DNA of 64,000 nt from an uncultured Candidatus Rokubacteria bacterium (GCA_963826115.1 CAWGVS010000010.1:96001-160000), one strand, 5' to 3'. Numbered from the stretch's first letter, positions 19,074-27,782 are shown. The notes: generated from the sequence alone by a model not told the origin. Translations and numbers: made by a program.

Positions 19074-20437
19074 GATCCCGGATCCTGGTGGTGGACAACG
19101 ACGCCGACATGGTGGCGCTCCTGCGCCGTCACCTCGAGGTGGAGGGCTGGTCGGTGACGGCCGTGACGACCGGCGAGGACGCCCATGCCGCGCTGGCGCG
19201 CGAGGAGTACGCGGTCGTCCTGACCGACCTGGTCATGGAGCCGGTGGATGGGCTGGCCGTGCTGCGCGAGGCCCAGAAGGTCCAGCCGCGAGCGCGCGTC
19301 GTCCTCATGACGGCGTTCGGCAGTCTCGAGAGCGCGATCGACGCCATGCGCCAGGGTGCGTACGACTACCTCATGAAGCCGTTCAAGCTGCCGGAGCTGT
19401 CGGTGGTCGTCAACCGCGCCGTCGAGGACCAGCAACTGCGGGAGGAGAATCGCCGGCTCCGGGCCGAGGTCGAGCGCCGGTACAGCTTCGACAACATGCT
19501 CGGCCGCTCGAAGGCGATGCAGTCCGTGTTCGACCAGATCCGGGCGGTGGCGGACACCGACGCGCCGGTCCTCCTGCTCGGGGACAGCGGGTCGGGAAAG
19601 GAGCTGGTCTCGCGGGCCATCCACTGGCACAGCGGTCGCCGGGACGGGCCGTTCGTGGCCGTCAACTGCGCCGCGATTCCCGAGACCCTGCTGGAGTCCG
19701 AGCTCTTCGGCCACGAGCGGGGCGCCTTCACCGGCGCCGACCGGAAGCGCCGGGGCCTGTTCGTCGAAGCCCAAGGGGGCACGCTGCTGCTCGACGAGAT
19801 CGCTGAGATGCCGCAGTCGCTCCAGGTCAAGCTCCTGCGGGCCCTGCAGGACCGCGTGGTGCGGCCGGTCGGCGGGAACGAGGAGATCAAGGTGGACCTG
19901 CGCCTGATCAGCGCGACCAACCGCGACCTCCCGACGTTCGTGCGTCAGGCGAAGTTCCGGGAGGACCTCTACTACCGACTGGCGGTCATCCCGATCCGGA
20001 TCCCGAGCCTCCGGGAGCGGCCGGAGGACATCCCGCTTCTCGCCGAGCACTTCCTGAAGCGCGCGGCCGGGGGCATGGGCAAGGAGATCGAAGGCTTCGA
20101 CGAAGAGGCGCTCAAGTGGCTCCACGAGCACACGTGGCCGGGCAACGTCCGCGAGCTGGAGAACGTCGTGGAGCGCGCGGCGACGCTCGCCCGCGGGCGA
20201 CTCATCACGCGGGACGACCTCCGGATCGAGTTCACGCCGGGCTCCAGCAGCGAGCTGGGCGTGCGTCCCACGCTGGCCGAGGTCGAGACCCAGTACATCC
20301 GCCGAATCCTCGACGAGGTCCGGGGTGACAAGCGGGCGGCGGCCCGCATCCTCGGGATCAGCGTGCGGACGCTCCAGCGGATGCAGGCCAACCTGGTGCG
20401 GGTGGGTCCCGGCTTGCCTGAACCCCCGCAGCCGTGA
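19070..20437 (+). CDS. sigma-54-dependent NtrC-family response regulator (REC-AAA+-Fis HTH)
   Basis: Receiver domain; GDSGSGKE Walker A; ESELFGHERGAFTGA; LLLDEI; FREDLYYRL; WPGNVRELEN; GDKRAAARILGISVRTLQR. Confidence 0.96.
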   Translation: MRSRILVVDNDADMVALLRRHLEVEGWSVTAVTTGEDAHAALAREEYAVVLTDLVMEPVDGLAVLREAQKVQPRARVVLMTAFGSLESAIDAMRQGAYDYLMKPFKLPELSVVVNRAVEDQQLREENRRLRAEVERRYSFDNMLGRSKAMQSVFDQIRAVADTDAPVLLLGDSGSGKELVSRAIHWHSGRRDGPFVAVNCAAIPETLLESELFGHERGAFTGADRKRRGLFVEAQGGTLLLDEIAEMPQSLQVKLLRALQDRVVRPVGGNEEIKVDLRLISATNRDLPTFVRQAKFREDLYYRLAVIPIRIPSLRERPEDIPLLAEHFLKRAAGGMGKEIEGFDEEALKWLHEHTWPGNVRELENVVERAATLARGRLITRDDLRIEFTPGSSSELGVRPTLAEVETQYIRRILDEVRGDKRAAARILGISVRTLQRMQANLVRVGPGLPEPPQP

Positions 20438-20439
20438 TG

Positions 20440-20455
20440 TGGCACGGGCCTTGCT
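20440..20455 (+). promoter_or_regulatory. sigma-54 promoter
   Basis: TGGCACGGGCCTTGCT (consensus). Confidence 0.9.
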
Positions 20456-20467
20456 CCTCGAGGGGGT

Positions 20468-20908
20468 ATGGCCCTCTCGGGGACTGCCCCCGGTGTCGCC
20501 GTGGATGAGGCCGACTACCGGCCCGCCACCCGCGTGCTCGTCGTCGACGACGACGACGAGATGCGCGCGCTCGTGCGCCGGACCCTCGAGTTCGAGGGCT
20601 ACGAGGTCAGCGAGCGCGATCGCGGCACGCACGTCGTGGAGGCGCTCCGGCGGACGCCGTGCGACCTGATCATCCTGGACAAGGAGATGCCGGGGGTTAC
20701 CGGCGTCGATCTGCTGCCGATTCTGCGGCGTGAGTTTCCGGAGGTGCCTGTCCTGTTCGTGACGGCGTTCGGCGGTCGACAGGTCGCCGACACCGCCCTC
20801 CGGCTTGGCGCCGCGCGCTACCTCGAGAAGCCCTTCCGGCTCGCCCAGCTCCGCGAGGCGGTGGACGAATTGCTGCGTCCGCCGGCCGACGAGCCGCGCG
20901 CGAGCTGA
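20468..20908 (+). CDS. single-domain response regulator
   Basis: VLVVDDDDEM...LIILDKEMPG...FVTAF...YLEKPF. Confidence 0.9.
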   Translation: MALSGTAPGVAVDEADYRPATRVLVVDDDDEMRALVRRTLEFEGYEVSERDRGTHVVEALRRTPCDLIILDKEMPGVTGVDLLPILRREFPEVPVLFVTAFGGRQVADTALRLGAARYLEKPFRLAQLREAVDELLRPPADEPRAS

Positions 20909-20919
20909 CGGTCGCTTCC

Positions 20920-21882
20920 GTGGACGGACAGCTCGCCGCGAAGCCGGCGGCACGCGACGCCGGTGCTGACGCCGGAACCCGGCGCGCGCGGTATGGGGCC
21001 GACTCGGCGGTCCTCGATCCCGAGACACGCCGGATCTACCGGATGGCCCTCTCGGCGCTCCGGGAGGCGCGGATCGAGTTCATGATCGGCGGCGCGCACG
21101 CGCTCGCGCCATACACGGGCGTCGTCCGGGACACGAAGGACCTGGACGTCTTTCTCCGGAAAGAGGACTGCCCGCCCGCGCTTGCGGTCCTGGAGTCCGC
21201 GGGGTATCGGACCGAGCTCGCGTTCCCGCACTGGCTGGCCAAGGCGCACGCCGGGGAGCGCTTCATCGACCTGATCTTCGGCGCCGGGAACGCGGTCGCG
21301 ATGGTGGACGACCTCTGGTTCACCCACGCCACGCCCGGCCGCGTGCTGGGGATTCCCGTGCTCCTCTGCCCGCCCGAGGAGATGATCTGGTCGAAGGCGT
21401 TCATCATGGAGCGCGAGCGCTACGACGGCGCCGACATCGCGCACCTGATCCTCGCGTGCGGGGGCAATCTGGACTGGGGCCGCATCCTGGGGCGCTTCGG
21501 GCGGCGGTGGCGCGTCCTCCTGAGCCACCTCGTCCTGTTCGGCTTCATCTATCCGGGCGATCGCGATCTCGTGCCGGATGCCGTGCTGGCCCACCTCGTG
21601 CACCGGCTCAACCGGGAGCGCGCCGCCCCCCCGGATGACGCGCGGGTCTGCGACGGCACCCTGCTGTCGCGGCAGCAGTACCTGCTGGACGTCGGCGACC
21701 GCGGGTACGCCGACGGCCGACTCCTGCCCCGCGGCGAGATGACCGCGGCCGAGATCGCCGACTGGACCGCGGCGATCCCCGCGAGCGCGCACCCGCGCCC
21801 CGCCAGACCGGCCGCGCGCCGCGCCCTCTCTCCGGTTCGCTCCGGCACCCCGGCGTCCCATGCGCGTCGCCGCGGTCGGTGA
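20920..21882 (+). CDS. polymerase-beta-superfamily nucleotidyltransferase
   Basis: FMIGGAHAL...RDTKDLDVF (GG-x-DxD), FIDLIF, ERERYDGAD. Confidence 0.75.
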   Translation: MDGQLAAKPAARDAGADAGTRRARYGADSAVLDPETRRIYRMALSALREARIEFMIGGAHALAPYTGVVRDTKDLDVFLRKEDCPPALAVLESAGYRTELAFPHWLAKAHAGERFIDLIFGAGNAVAMVDDLWFTHATPGRVLGIPVLLCPPEEMIWSKAFIMERERYDGADIAHLILACGGNLDWGRILGRFGRRWRVLLSHLVLFGFIYPGDRDLVPDAVLAHLVHRLNRERAAPPDDARVCDGTLLSRQQYLLDVGDRGYADGRLLPRGEMTAAEIADWTAAIPASAHPRPARPAARRALSPVRSGTPASHARRRGR

Positions 21883-22615
21883 CCTCCACTGCACCCGGTC
21901 GTCGCAGGGGGCGCTCCAGCCCCTGTTCGCGGCCGCCAGCGCGGGTGCAGACGTCCTGCTCCTCTGCGGAGACCTGACGGACTACGGGCTGCCGGACGAG
22001 GCCCGCGTGCTGGCCAAGGAGCTGGCGGCGACCCTCCGGATCCCGGCGGTCGCGGTCCTGGGCAATCACGACTACGAGTCGGGGCAGCACGAGGAGGTCG
22101 TGGCCATCCTCCGCGACGCAGGGGTCACCGTGCTGGACGGTGACGGCTGCGAGGTCGCCGGCGTGGGCATCGCCGGCGTGAAGGGGCTCGGCGGGGGCTT
22201 CGGGGAGCGGGCGCTCCAGCCGTGGGGCGAGGACATCATGAAGCGGTTCGTCCGGGAGACCGTGGACGAGGCGCTCAAGCTCGAATCGGCCCTCGCGCGC
22301 CTGCGGACCGCGCGGCGGATCGCGCTCCTCCACTACTCACCGATCCAGGCGACGGTGGAGGGCGAGCCGCCCGAGCTCTACCCGTTCCTCGGGTCGAGCC
22401 GGCTGGAGGAGCCGCTCCACCGGGTCCCGGTCGACCTCGTGTTCCATGGCCACGCGCATGGGGGCCAGCCCGAGGCGCGGACCCGCGCCGGAGTGCCCGT
22501 GTACAACGTGTGCCTGCCCCTCCTGCGCCGGCTCGATCCGGACCGACCGCCCGTCCGGATCGTCGAGCTGGCGGAGCCGCCGGGCGCTAGCCCCGGGCCC
22601 GGCGGCTCAGCGTGA
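21860..22615 (+). CDS. calcineurin-like metallophosphoesterase (Icc-like)
   Basis: GDLH, CGDLTD, LGNHD, LLHYSP, FHGHAH. Confidence 0.9.
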   Translation: MRVAAVGDLHCTRSSQGALQPLFAAASAGADVLLLCGDLTDYGLPDEARVLAKELAATLRIPAVAVLGNHDYESGQHEEVVAILRDAGVTVLDGDGCEVAGVGIAGVKGLGGGFGERALQPWGEDIMKRFVRETVDEALKLESALARLRTARRIALLHYSPIQATVEGEPPELYPFLGSSRLEEPLHRVPVDLVFHGHAHGGQPEARTRAGVPVYNVCLPLLRRLDPDRPPVRIVELAEPPGASPGPGGSA

Positions 22616-23054
22616 GGGTCCCGAACCGCGCCGGGACGTCCGGGCCGCCGGCGAACTCGCCCGTCAGCTGATCACCGGACTCCAGCGTCAGCACCAGCGC
22701 GCCCCCGCCGACCAGGTCGAAGAAGAGCCCCGAACGGGTGAGGCGTCCCTCGCGGCGGACGGTGTCCGCGACGCCGCCGTCGACGAAGGTGACGTGGGCC
22801 ACCACCGTCGACGTCCCGACTTCTGGCGCGATGATTACCTCCGCAGCCCCGTTCCGTCCGCTGTCGCCCGCGACCCACCGCCCGGTCCAGGCCCCGCCCA
22901 GGCGGGCCGCGGCCTCGGGCGCCCCGCTGGCGGCGGCGGAGCGCGACCCGGCGGGCCCGACTTCCGCGAGGGCCGCCAGCAGGACGACCGCGGCCACGGC
23001 CAGGAGGCGGCCGGTGCGGAGCACGACCGTGGTCCCACCCCCTCGCGCCATCAT
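22587..23054 (-). CDS. hypothetical secreted protein
   Basis: Signal-like hydrophobic N-terminus; beta-rich body (GAWTGRW); overlaps the upstream stop. Confidence 0.55.
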   Translation of the reverse strand: MMARGGGTTVVLRTGRLLAVAAVVLLAALAEVGPAGSRSAAASGAPEAAARLGGAWTGRWVAGDSGRNGAAEVIIAPEVGTSTVVAHVTFVDGGVADTVRREGRLTRSGLFFDLVGGGALVLTLESGDQLTGEFAGGPDVPARFGTLTLSRRARG

Positions 23055-23683
23055 TGCCCCTTCCGGTGGCCCTTCTTGACGTGCTGCTTCATGACGGTGC
23101 GCGCGGCCACCTCCGCGGCGCGCCCGCCGTAGCGTCCCTCCCGCTGGGCCGCTTCCTTGATGTGCTCGTACTGCCGCTGCTCCTTGGTTCCAACGCCGCG
23201 CAGATGCCGCCGTTCGGGCATGGACCGATCCTCCCGTGTCGAGGCCGTGTTCTCGAGATCGATCAGGGCCAGCCTGGACGCGGGGTCGTAGCGCCGCTGG
23301 AGGTGTCCGGGCGGCTGGATCAGGATCACCTCGAGCGTCGGCCGGACGCGCGCCGCGAGGAGGTGCCCTCCGTGGGCGCTTCCGTCACGCTTGCCGACGA
23401 CCACGTGCGCGTGGACCTTCGGGGCCGAGCCCTCGAGGGCCACGTCCCCGACCAGGGACAGGACCTCGACCTGCTCGTCGATCGCGATCCGCACGTAGTC
23501 CTTGCGCGTCCAGTCGAAATAGCCGAGGGTCGCGGCCTCGAAGGCGCCGATCGCCGTGAAGTGGCCGGCCCTGAGACCTTCCCGCATCGCGAAGTCGAGG
23601 AGGCCCTGCATCGGCTCCTCGCCCGTGTCGAACACCAGCGCGATCGTGCGGGCTGCACCGGCGTGGAGGACCTTCGCGTTCAT
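23051..23683 (-). CDS. PPC/DUF296 protein in frame with a ~56-aa basic ChaB-like small protein
   Basis: FTAIGA, EVLSLVGDV, VHAHVVVG, AHGGHL, VRPTLEV; then an internal GGGAGG-ATG (23221) MPERRHLRGVGTKEQRQYEHIKE...AAEVAARTV. Confidence 0.8.
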   Translation of the reverse strand: MNAKVLHAGAARTIALVFDTGEEPMQGLLDFAMREGLRAGHFTAIGAFEAATLGYFDWTRKDYVRIAIDEQVEVLSLVGDVALEGSAPKVHAHVVVGKRDGSAHGGHLLAARVRPTLEVILIQPPGHLQRRYDPASRLALIDLENTASTREDRSMPERRHLRGVGTKEQRQYEHIKEAAQREGRYGGRAAEVAARTVMKQHVKKGHRKGQ

Positions 23684-23744
23684 GGCGCGTTCATGGCGGG
23701 CCGCGCGACCCCGCGCGGGGAGATCGCTCCGCGCGGGGCAGAGC

Positions 23745-23993
23745 TCACGCGGCCCCGGTGAGGCCCGTCTCGCTCGCCAGGAGCTCCCGCACGACCCACA
23801 GCCGGCCGCACGTGCCGCAGAGCACCCCGGGGCCCAGGCGACGCGTCACGAGGCCGTTGCAGTTGGGGCAGCGATCGCTGACGTCGCTGGTGCGATCGTA
23901 GGTGACACGGGCGTCAGACCAGCGCCGAGCCCGCTGGAGCAGCGTGTCTCGGCCGAACTCCTCGGAATGACGGGGACGCCGCTGGCGTGGCAT
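23745..23993 (-). CDS. small zinc-ribbon protein
   Basis: AAGGAG RBS; CPNC...CGTC. Confidence 0.6.
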   Translation of the reverse strand: MPRQRRPRHSEEFGRDTLLQRARRWSDARVTYDRTSDVSDRCPNCNGLVTRRLGPGVLCGTCGRLWVVRELLASETGLTGAA

Positions 23994-24052
23994 CGGGGGT
24001 CTCCTTTCTCCTCTCGGAGTGAACTCGCGCGCTGCCCTGACCTTGTCCATGG

Positions 24053-24068
24053 AGCAAGCTCTGTGCCG
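24053..24068 (-). promoter_or_regulatory. sigma-54 promoter
   Basis: CGGCACAGAGCTTGCT. Confidence 0.8.
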
Positions 24069-24133
24069 AGGGGGTTACCAGCGCGAAAGATTCGAACGGC
24101 GGCGCATGCGGCACCATGGGACTGGATCATCAC

Positions 24134-24165
24134 GGACACGCTGTCGCCTTCCGGACACCGTGTCG
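24134..24165. promoter_or_regulatory. tandem UAS pair
   Basis: GGACACGCTGTCG (24134) and GGACACCGTGTCG (24153). Confidence 0.8.
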
Positions 24166-24241
24166 CGTGAATGCGTCACCGAGGCGAGCCCGAGACGTGC
24201 CCGGTCGCGCCGGCTCCTCGAGGGAACCGGCGACCGGGGCG

Positions 24242-24667
24242 TCAGGCGGCCTCGAGGGAGATGTCGCGCGGGGACTCCCGAGCGGGGACCAGGGACTCGC
24301 GCCGGGCGCGGCGCTCGGCTTCTCCCTGGCAGTCCCGGCAGCGCTGGGCGAACGGGAGCGCGCGGAGGCGCGGCACCCCGATGAAGCCGTCGCACTCCTG
24401 GCAGAAGCCGTACCGTCCCTCGGACAGCCGCACGAGCGCGTCCTGGATCTGCACGACCTGCCGAGTGCGCCGGTCCATCAGGGCGACCTGGATCTCCGTG
24501 TGGAGGGTCTCCGCGGCGTGGACGGATATGTCGGTCAGACTCGTGCTCTCCGTGGTCCGGCTCTCGGAGACCACGGCGCGAAGAGACCCCTGCAGCCGTG
24601 CCAGCTCGGTTTCCAGGAATCCTTCGAGCTCGCCGATGATGCGCCGGTCCAGCTTCGTTGGGCTCAT
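24242..24667 (-). CDS. TraR/DksA family C4 zinc-finger protein
   Basis: ALVRLSEGRYGFCQECDGFIGVPRLRALPFAQRCRDCQ; AAGGAG RBS. Confidence 0.88.
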   Translation of the reverse strand: MSPTKLDRRIIGELEGFLETELARLQGSLRAVVSESRTTESTSLTDISVHAAETLHTEIQVALMDRRTRQVVQIQDALVRLSEGRYGFCQECDGFIGVPRLRALPFAQRCRDCQGEAERRARRESLVPARESPRDISLEAA

Positions 24668-25188
24668 GCCATGCTCCTTCCGCCCGCGTCCTGAGCGGGC
24701 ATGCGATCGGAGGCCGGCCGTCGGGCCGGCGCCCCTCCCGGGCCGCCGAGAAACGCCTCGACCGCGCCTGTCAGGGCGGGCAGGACGGCCCGCTCGAGGG
24801 CGTCGGCGACGTCGTCGATGATGCGATTCACGAGACCCTCGACGCGGCCGCCCAGCCGTTCCCACGAGGCTGACGCCATGGTGGGCCCGGAGCCGCCCGC
24901 CTCCAGGCGCGCCGGGATGCGAGTGACCGCCTCCCGCCCCGCCGCCGCGACCCAGGGCCCGGCGTCCCGCTCGCTCTCGATCTCCCGGGCGAGACGTCGG
25001 CCGACCGCGGCGCCGAGGAGCACCGCGCCCAGCAGGCTCGAGACGGGGTAGCGCTCGACGTAGGTCTGCCACTGCATCGCGTCACCCGCCTTCCCGCGCA
25101 GCGCGCTCGCGGTTCGTGAGATGGAAGCCCGCGTCGCGTCGATGTCGCGACGCAGATCCTCGATGTCTACGCTCCGTGCCGGATCCAT
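24664..25188 (-). CDS. DUF3618-like protein
   Basis: DIEDLRRDIDATRASISRTASAL...WQTYVERYP plus a TM segment. Confidence 0.7.
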   Translation of the reverse strand: MDPARSVDIEDLRRDIDATRASISRTASALRGKAGDAMQWQTYVERYPVSSLLGAVLLGAAVGRRLAREIESERDAGPWVAAAGREAVTRIPARLEAGGSGPTMASASWERLGGRVEGLVNRIIDDVADALERAVLPALTGAVEAFLGGPGGAPARRPASDRMPAQDAGGRSMA

Positions 25189-25559
25189 TCCGCATCCTTC
25201 CGCAGCTCGCGACGGGTTTCCTCGGCGAGCCGCTGGTGTTGGAGCCGCCGCACCGCCAGCGCGCCGGCGCCCACACCGAGGATCCCCAGGCCCGCGCCCA
25301 CGAGGGCAAAGCCCTCCGGCGCCGACCCGACGAGCTCGCCGACCCACAGCCCCACGCCGAGCAGGAGAAAGGCCAGGCCCACGCTCGCCGCGAGGGCGCC
25401 GACCGTCAGCAGGCCTGCCGTCCTCGCGAGCGCCACGGCATCCCTCGCGAGCTCGGCCTTCAGGAGCGCGAGTCGCTGGTCGACCAGGCGCCCGACATCG
25501 GCAAGAAGCCGGAGCCCGAGCTCCGCGAAGCTCGCCGACTGACCGTTCCGGTGGATCAC
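25167..25559 (-). CDS. phage-holin-like (YqjE-type) membrane protein
   Basis: LLADVGRLVDQRLALLKAEL, two TMs, ETRRELRKDAEWI. Confidence 0.75.
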   Translation of the reverse strand: MIHRNGQSASFAELGLRLLADVGRLVDQRLALLKAELARDAVALARTAGLLTVGALAASVGLAFLLLGVGLWVGELVGSAPEGFALVGAGLGILGVGAGALAVRRLQHQRLAEETRRELRKDAEWIRHGA

Positions 25560-25586
25560 CGGCGGGCCTCGCGCGTTCGCCCGCGC

Positions 25587-25970
25587 CTAGCGCCGGCCCG
25601 CGGAGCTCAGCCAGCCGAGCACGAGCCCGGCACCGGCGGCGATGCAAAGGGCCGTCACGGGCTGCTGGCGCGTGTACCCGACGACGTCGTGCCGCACCTT
25701 CTCCATGCCGCCGTCCCGGTATTCGGCGACCTTGTCACGGGCCTGCTGCACCGCGTCGCCCAGGTACTCCCGGGCGCCGTCGACGTAATCCTTGGTCTGC
25801 TGGATCGTGTCCTGGACGTACTCCTTCGCCTCGGCGGCGTAGTCCCTCATCTCGCGCCCGGATTCCTGAGCGCACTGTCGTGTCGTGTCGGCGAAGTCGC
25901 GCGCCTCAGACTTGGCCCACTCGCCCATCGATTCGTGTGCGATGCCATCCCAGCGAACGCGGTCTTCCAT
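25587..25970 (-). CDS. DUF883/ElaB/YqjD-like protein
   Basis: LEA-like helical repeats ending YTRQQPVTALCIAAGAGLVLGWL; GGGAGG RBS. Confidence 0.75.
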   Translation of the reverse strand: MEDRVRWDGIAHESMGEWAKSEARDFADTTRQCAQESGREMRDYAAEAKEYVQDTIQQTKDYVDGAREYLGDAVQQARDKVAEYRDGGMEKVRHDVVGYTRQQPVTALCIAAGAGLVLGWLSSAGRR

Positions 25971-26011
25971 GGTCGTCCTCCCGTGAAGGAAATCGCTCTC
26001 TGGCAGCGATG

Positions 26012-26027
26012 AGCAAGTCATGTGCCA
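26012..26027 (-). promoter_or_regulatory. sigma-54 promoter
   Basis: TGGCACATGACTTGCT. Confidence 0.88.
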
Positions 26028-26112
26028 CGTCGAGGTCGTGCGTGATTGCGCCTGGGACTCCCTCTTCTGCGCTGGTCCAGCTCGGGTGGCATGTCGCGCG
26101 ACCTCGAGCGGG

Positions 26113-26144
26113 CGTCACCGCGTCGTGCGCCCGACAGCGTGGCA
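26113..26144. promoter_or_regulatory. tandem UAS pair between divergent promoters
   Basis: CGTCACCGCGTCG (26113) and CGACAGCGTGGCA (26132). Confidence 0.7.
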
Positions 26145-26210
26145 TCGGACCATACGCGCCGGACAGCGGGGGCGGGATGCCACCCCGCCGAAAGCACACC
26201 GCTCCTCCAG

Positions 26211-26226
26211 AGGCACATGCCTTGCA
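26211..26226 (+). promoter_or_regulatory. sigma-54 promoter
   Basis: AGGCACATGCCTTGCA. Confidence 0.82.
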
Positions 26227-26286
26227 GCCAAGGACACGACGGCCGGGACGTCGACGAACTGCACGGCCTGGCCTCAAGGAGGGACC

Positions 26287-26568
26287 ATGAACACGAAGAA
26301 GCCGACCGATAAGCCCATCGAGCGCCGGCCCGACGACTCGATCGACCAGCGTCAGGGACCGTACGATCCGGCGAGGCCGGGCAGCCCGGGTCAGTCCGAG
26401 GCGTCCGAGGGTCGGAAGGACGTCGGGAAGCCGGAAGGCCGTTCGCCGGGCAAGCCGGCCTCCAAGCCCGGCGAGCGCGGCCCTGGCCAGGATGGGCGGA
26501 GCGACCGGGACGCGGGACGCCCGGTGCAGCTGGACGACCGCCGCGAGGACGAGTCGGCCCTGCGCTGA
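26287..26568 (+). CDS. 93-aa hydrophilic, probably disordered (hydrophilin-like) protein
   Basis: AAGGAGG RBS; G/P/D/R/K/S-rich with GKP repeats. Confidence 0.65.
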   Translation: MNTKKPTDKPIERRPDDSIDQRQGPYDPARPGSPGQSEASEGRKDVGKPEGRSPGKPASKPGERGPGQDGRSDRDAGRPVQLDDRREDESALR

Positions 26569-26647
26569 TCGGCGGCCAGGGACACGACGACGGCCCTGGA
26601 GGGAATCCCCTCCGGGGCCGTGTCGCGTCGATCGGACGGAACGGGCG

Positions 26648-26800
26648 TCAGACCCGTCCGGTGAGGAACAGGACCAGGACGACGAGCAGCACGACGCCCA
26701 GCGTCCCGCTCGGATAGTAGCCCCAGCCGCTGCTGTATGGCCACGCCGGCAACGCTCCGACGAGCAGCAGAATCAGCAGGACGAGAAGGATGGTTGGCAA
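26648..26800 (-). CDS. DUF3309 family small membrane protein
   Basis: TTG start after GGAGGT; TILLVLLILLLVGALPAWPYSSGWGYYPSGTLGVVLLVVLVLFLTGRV. Confidence 0.85.
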   Translation of the reverse strand: MPTILLVLLILLLVGALPAWPYSSGWGYYPSGTLGVVLLVVLVLFLTGRV

Positions 26801-26881
26801 CGCTCTTATCACCTCCCTCGGTGAGACTTCGCGGGCGAGGCCGCCCCGGCGGCCGGCCGGGACGACCTCCCCCGATCCGCG

Positions 26882-27187
26882 CTACTGGATCTTGATGTTG
26901 TTGACGACGTCGTTGACGCCCGACACCTCGCGGGCGAGCTGCGTGGCGCGCGCCTTGATGGTCTCGCTCTCGACGTTGCCCGTGAGGTAGACGGTGCCCT
27001 TGTTGGTGTCGACGTCGACCTTGGTCAGGGTCGACGGTTTCTCGGCCGCGAGCTTGCTCTTCACCGTGGCCGTGATCTTCGCGTCGTCCACGTTCTCCCC
27101 GGCCGATTTGCCGGTCATCGACGTGCAGCCGGCGGTGAACGCCATCAGCAGCGTCAGCACCAGCATGGAGCGGAGCAGGTATCGCAT
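26882..27187 (-). CDS. BON-domain (OsmY-like) lipoprotein
   Basis: Lipobox TAGC; DDAKITATVKSKL...VDVDTNKGTVYLTG...VSGVNDVVNNI. Confidence 0.9.
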   Translation of the reverse strand: MRYLLRSMLVLTLLMAFTAGCTSMTGKSAGENVDDAKITATVKSKLAAEKPSTLTKVDVDTNKGTVYLTGNVESETIKARATQLAREVSGVNDVVNNIKIQ

Positions 27188-27226
27188 TGGTCAGCCCCTC
27201 CTTTTGGTGTCCTGGTCGTTGAGGCG

Positions 27227-27469
27227 CTACGGCCGCGGTGTGCCGGCCCGCTCCGACGGGGCCATCGCCGCGTCGATCTCGCGCAGCCGGCGCGCCACCT
27301 CGTCCTCCGCGTCGCGCCTGGCCCAGCCGTACTTCTCCTGCAGCTTGCCGACGAGCTTGTCGCGCTTTCCCGCGATCACGTCGAAGTCGTCGTCGGTGAG
27401 CTTGCCCCACCACTCCTTCACCTGGCCACGCATCTGCTTCCACTTGCCTTCCACGATGTCCGTGTTCAT
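27227..27469 (-). CDS. CsbD/YjbJ family general stress protein
   Basis: MNTDIVEGKWKQMRGQVKEWWGKLTDDDFDVIAGKRDKLVGKLQEKYG; AAGGAGG RBS. Confidence 0.92.
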   Translation of the reverse strand: MNTDIVEGKWKQMRGQVKEWWGKLTDDDFDVIAGKRDKLVGKLQEKYGWARRDAEDEVARRLREIDAAMAPSERAGTPRP

Positions 27470-27538
27470 CCGGACCTCCTTGCGACGTCGACCTCGCCGC
27501 TCGGGTGCGAGGGCGTGGTCCCGCCAGGCCCTTCTCAT

Positions 27539-27554
27539 AGCAACAAGGCTGCCT
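27539..27554 (-). promoter_or_regulatory. sigma-54 promoter of csbD-BON-DUF3309
   Basis: AGGCAGCCTTGTTGCT. Confidence 0.75.
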
Positions 27555-27665
27555 GGCTGACCGCCCGGCGGGTGCACGGACGAAAACGCTGATACCGTCT
27601 GCACATGAGATCGCATGGCGCTGCTGGCGCGATGTCGTCGCTCGCGTCGCGTCGTTCTCCGACGT

Positions 27666-27697
27666 TGTCATGGTGGCGTCGAGGCGACACCCTGACG
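27666..27697. promoter_or_regulatory. tandem UAS pair
   Basis: TGTCATGGTGGCG (27666) and CGACACCCTGACG (27685). Confidence 0.65.
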
Positions 27698-27725
27698 AAA
27701 CACACGCATCCTCCGCGCCGCGGCA

Positions 27726-27741
27726 TGGCACTGCCCTCGCT
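27726..27741 (+). promoter_or_regulatory. sigma-54 promoter
   Basis: TGGCACTGCCCTCGCT. Confidence 0.65.
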
Positions 27742-27782
27742 CCATCGACGGAAAAAGCCCGCGTGGGCAGAGGGAGACACCG

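Noticed and set aside
25167-25559. Holin-like gene as evidence of a prophage
   Set aside because: This family is a usual partner of DUF883/DUF3618 stress operons, and no phage genes are present
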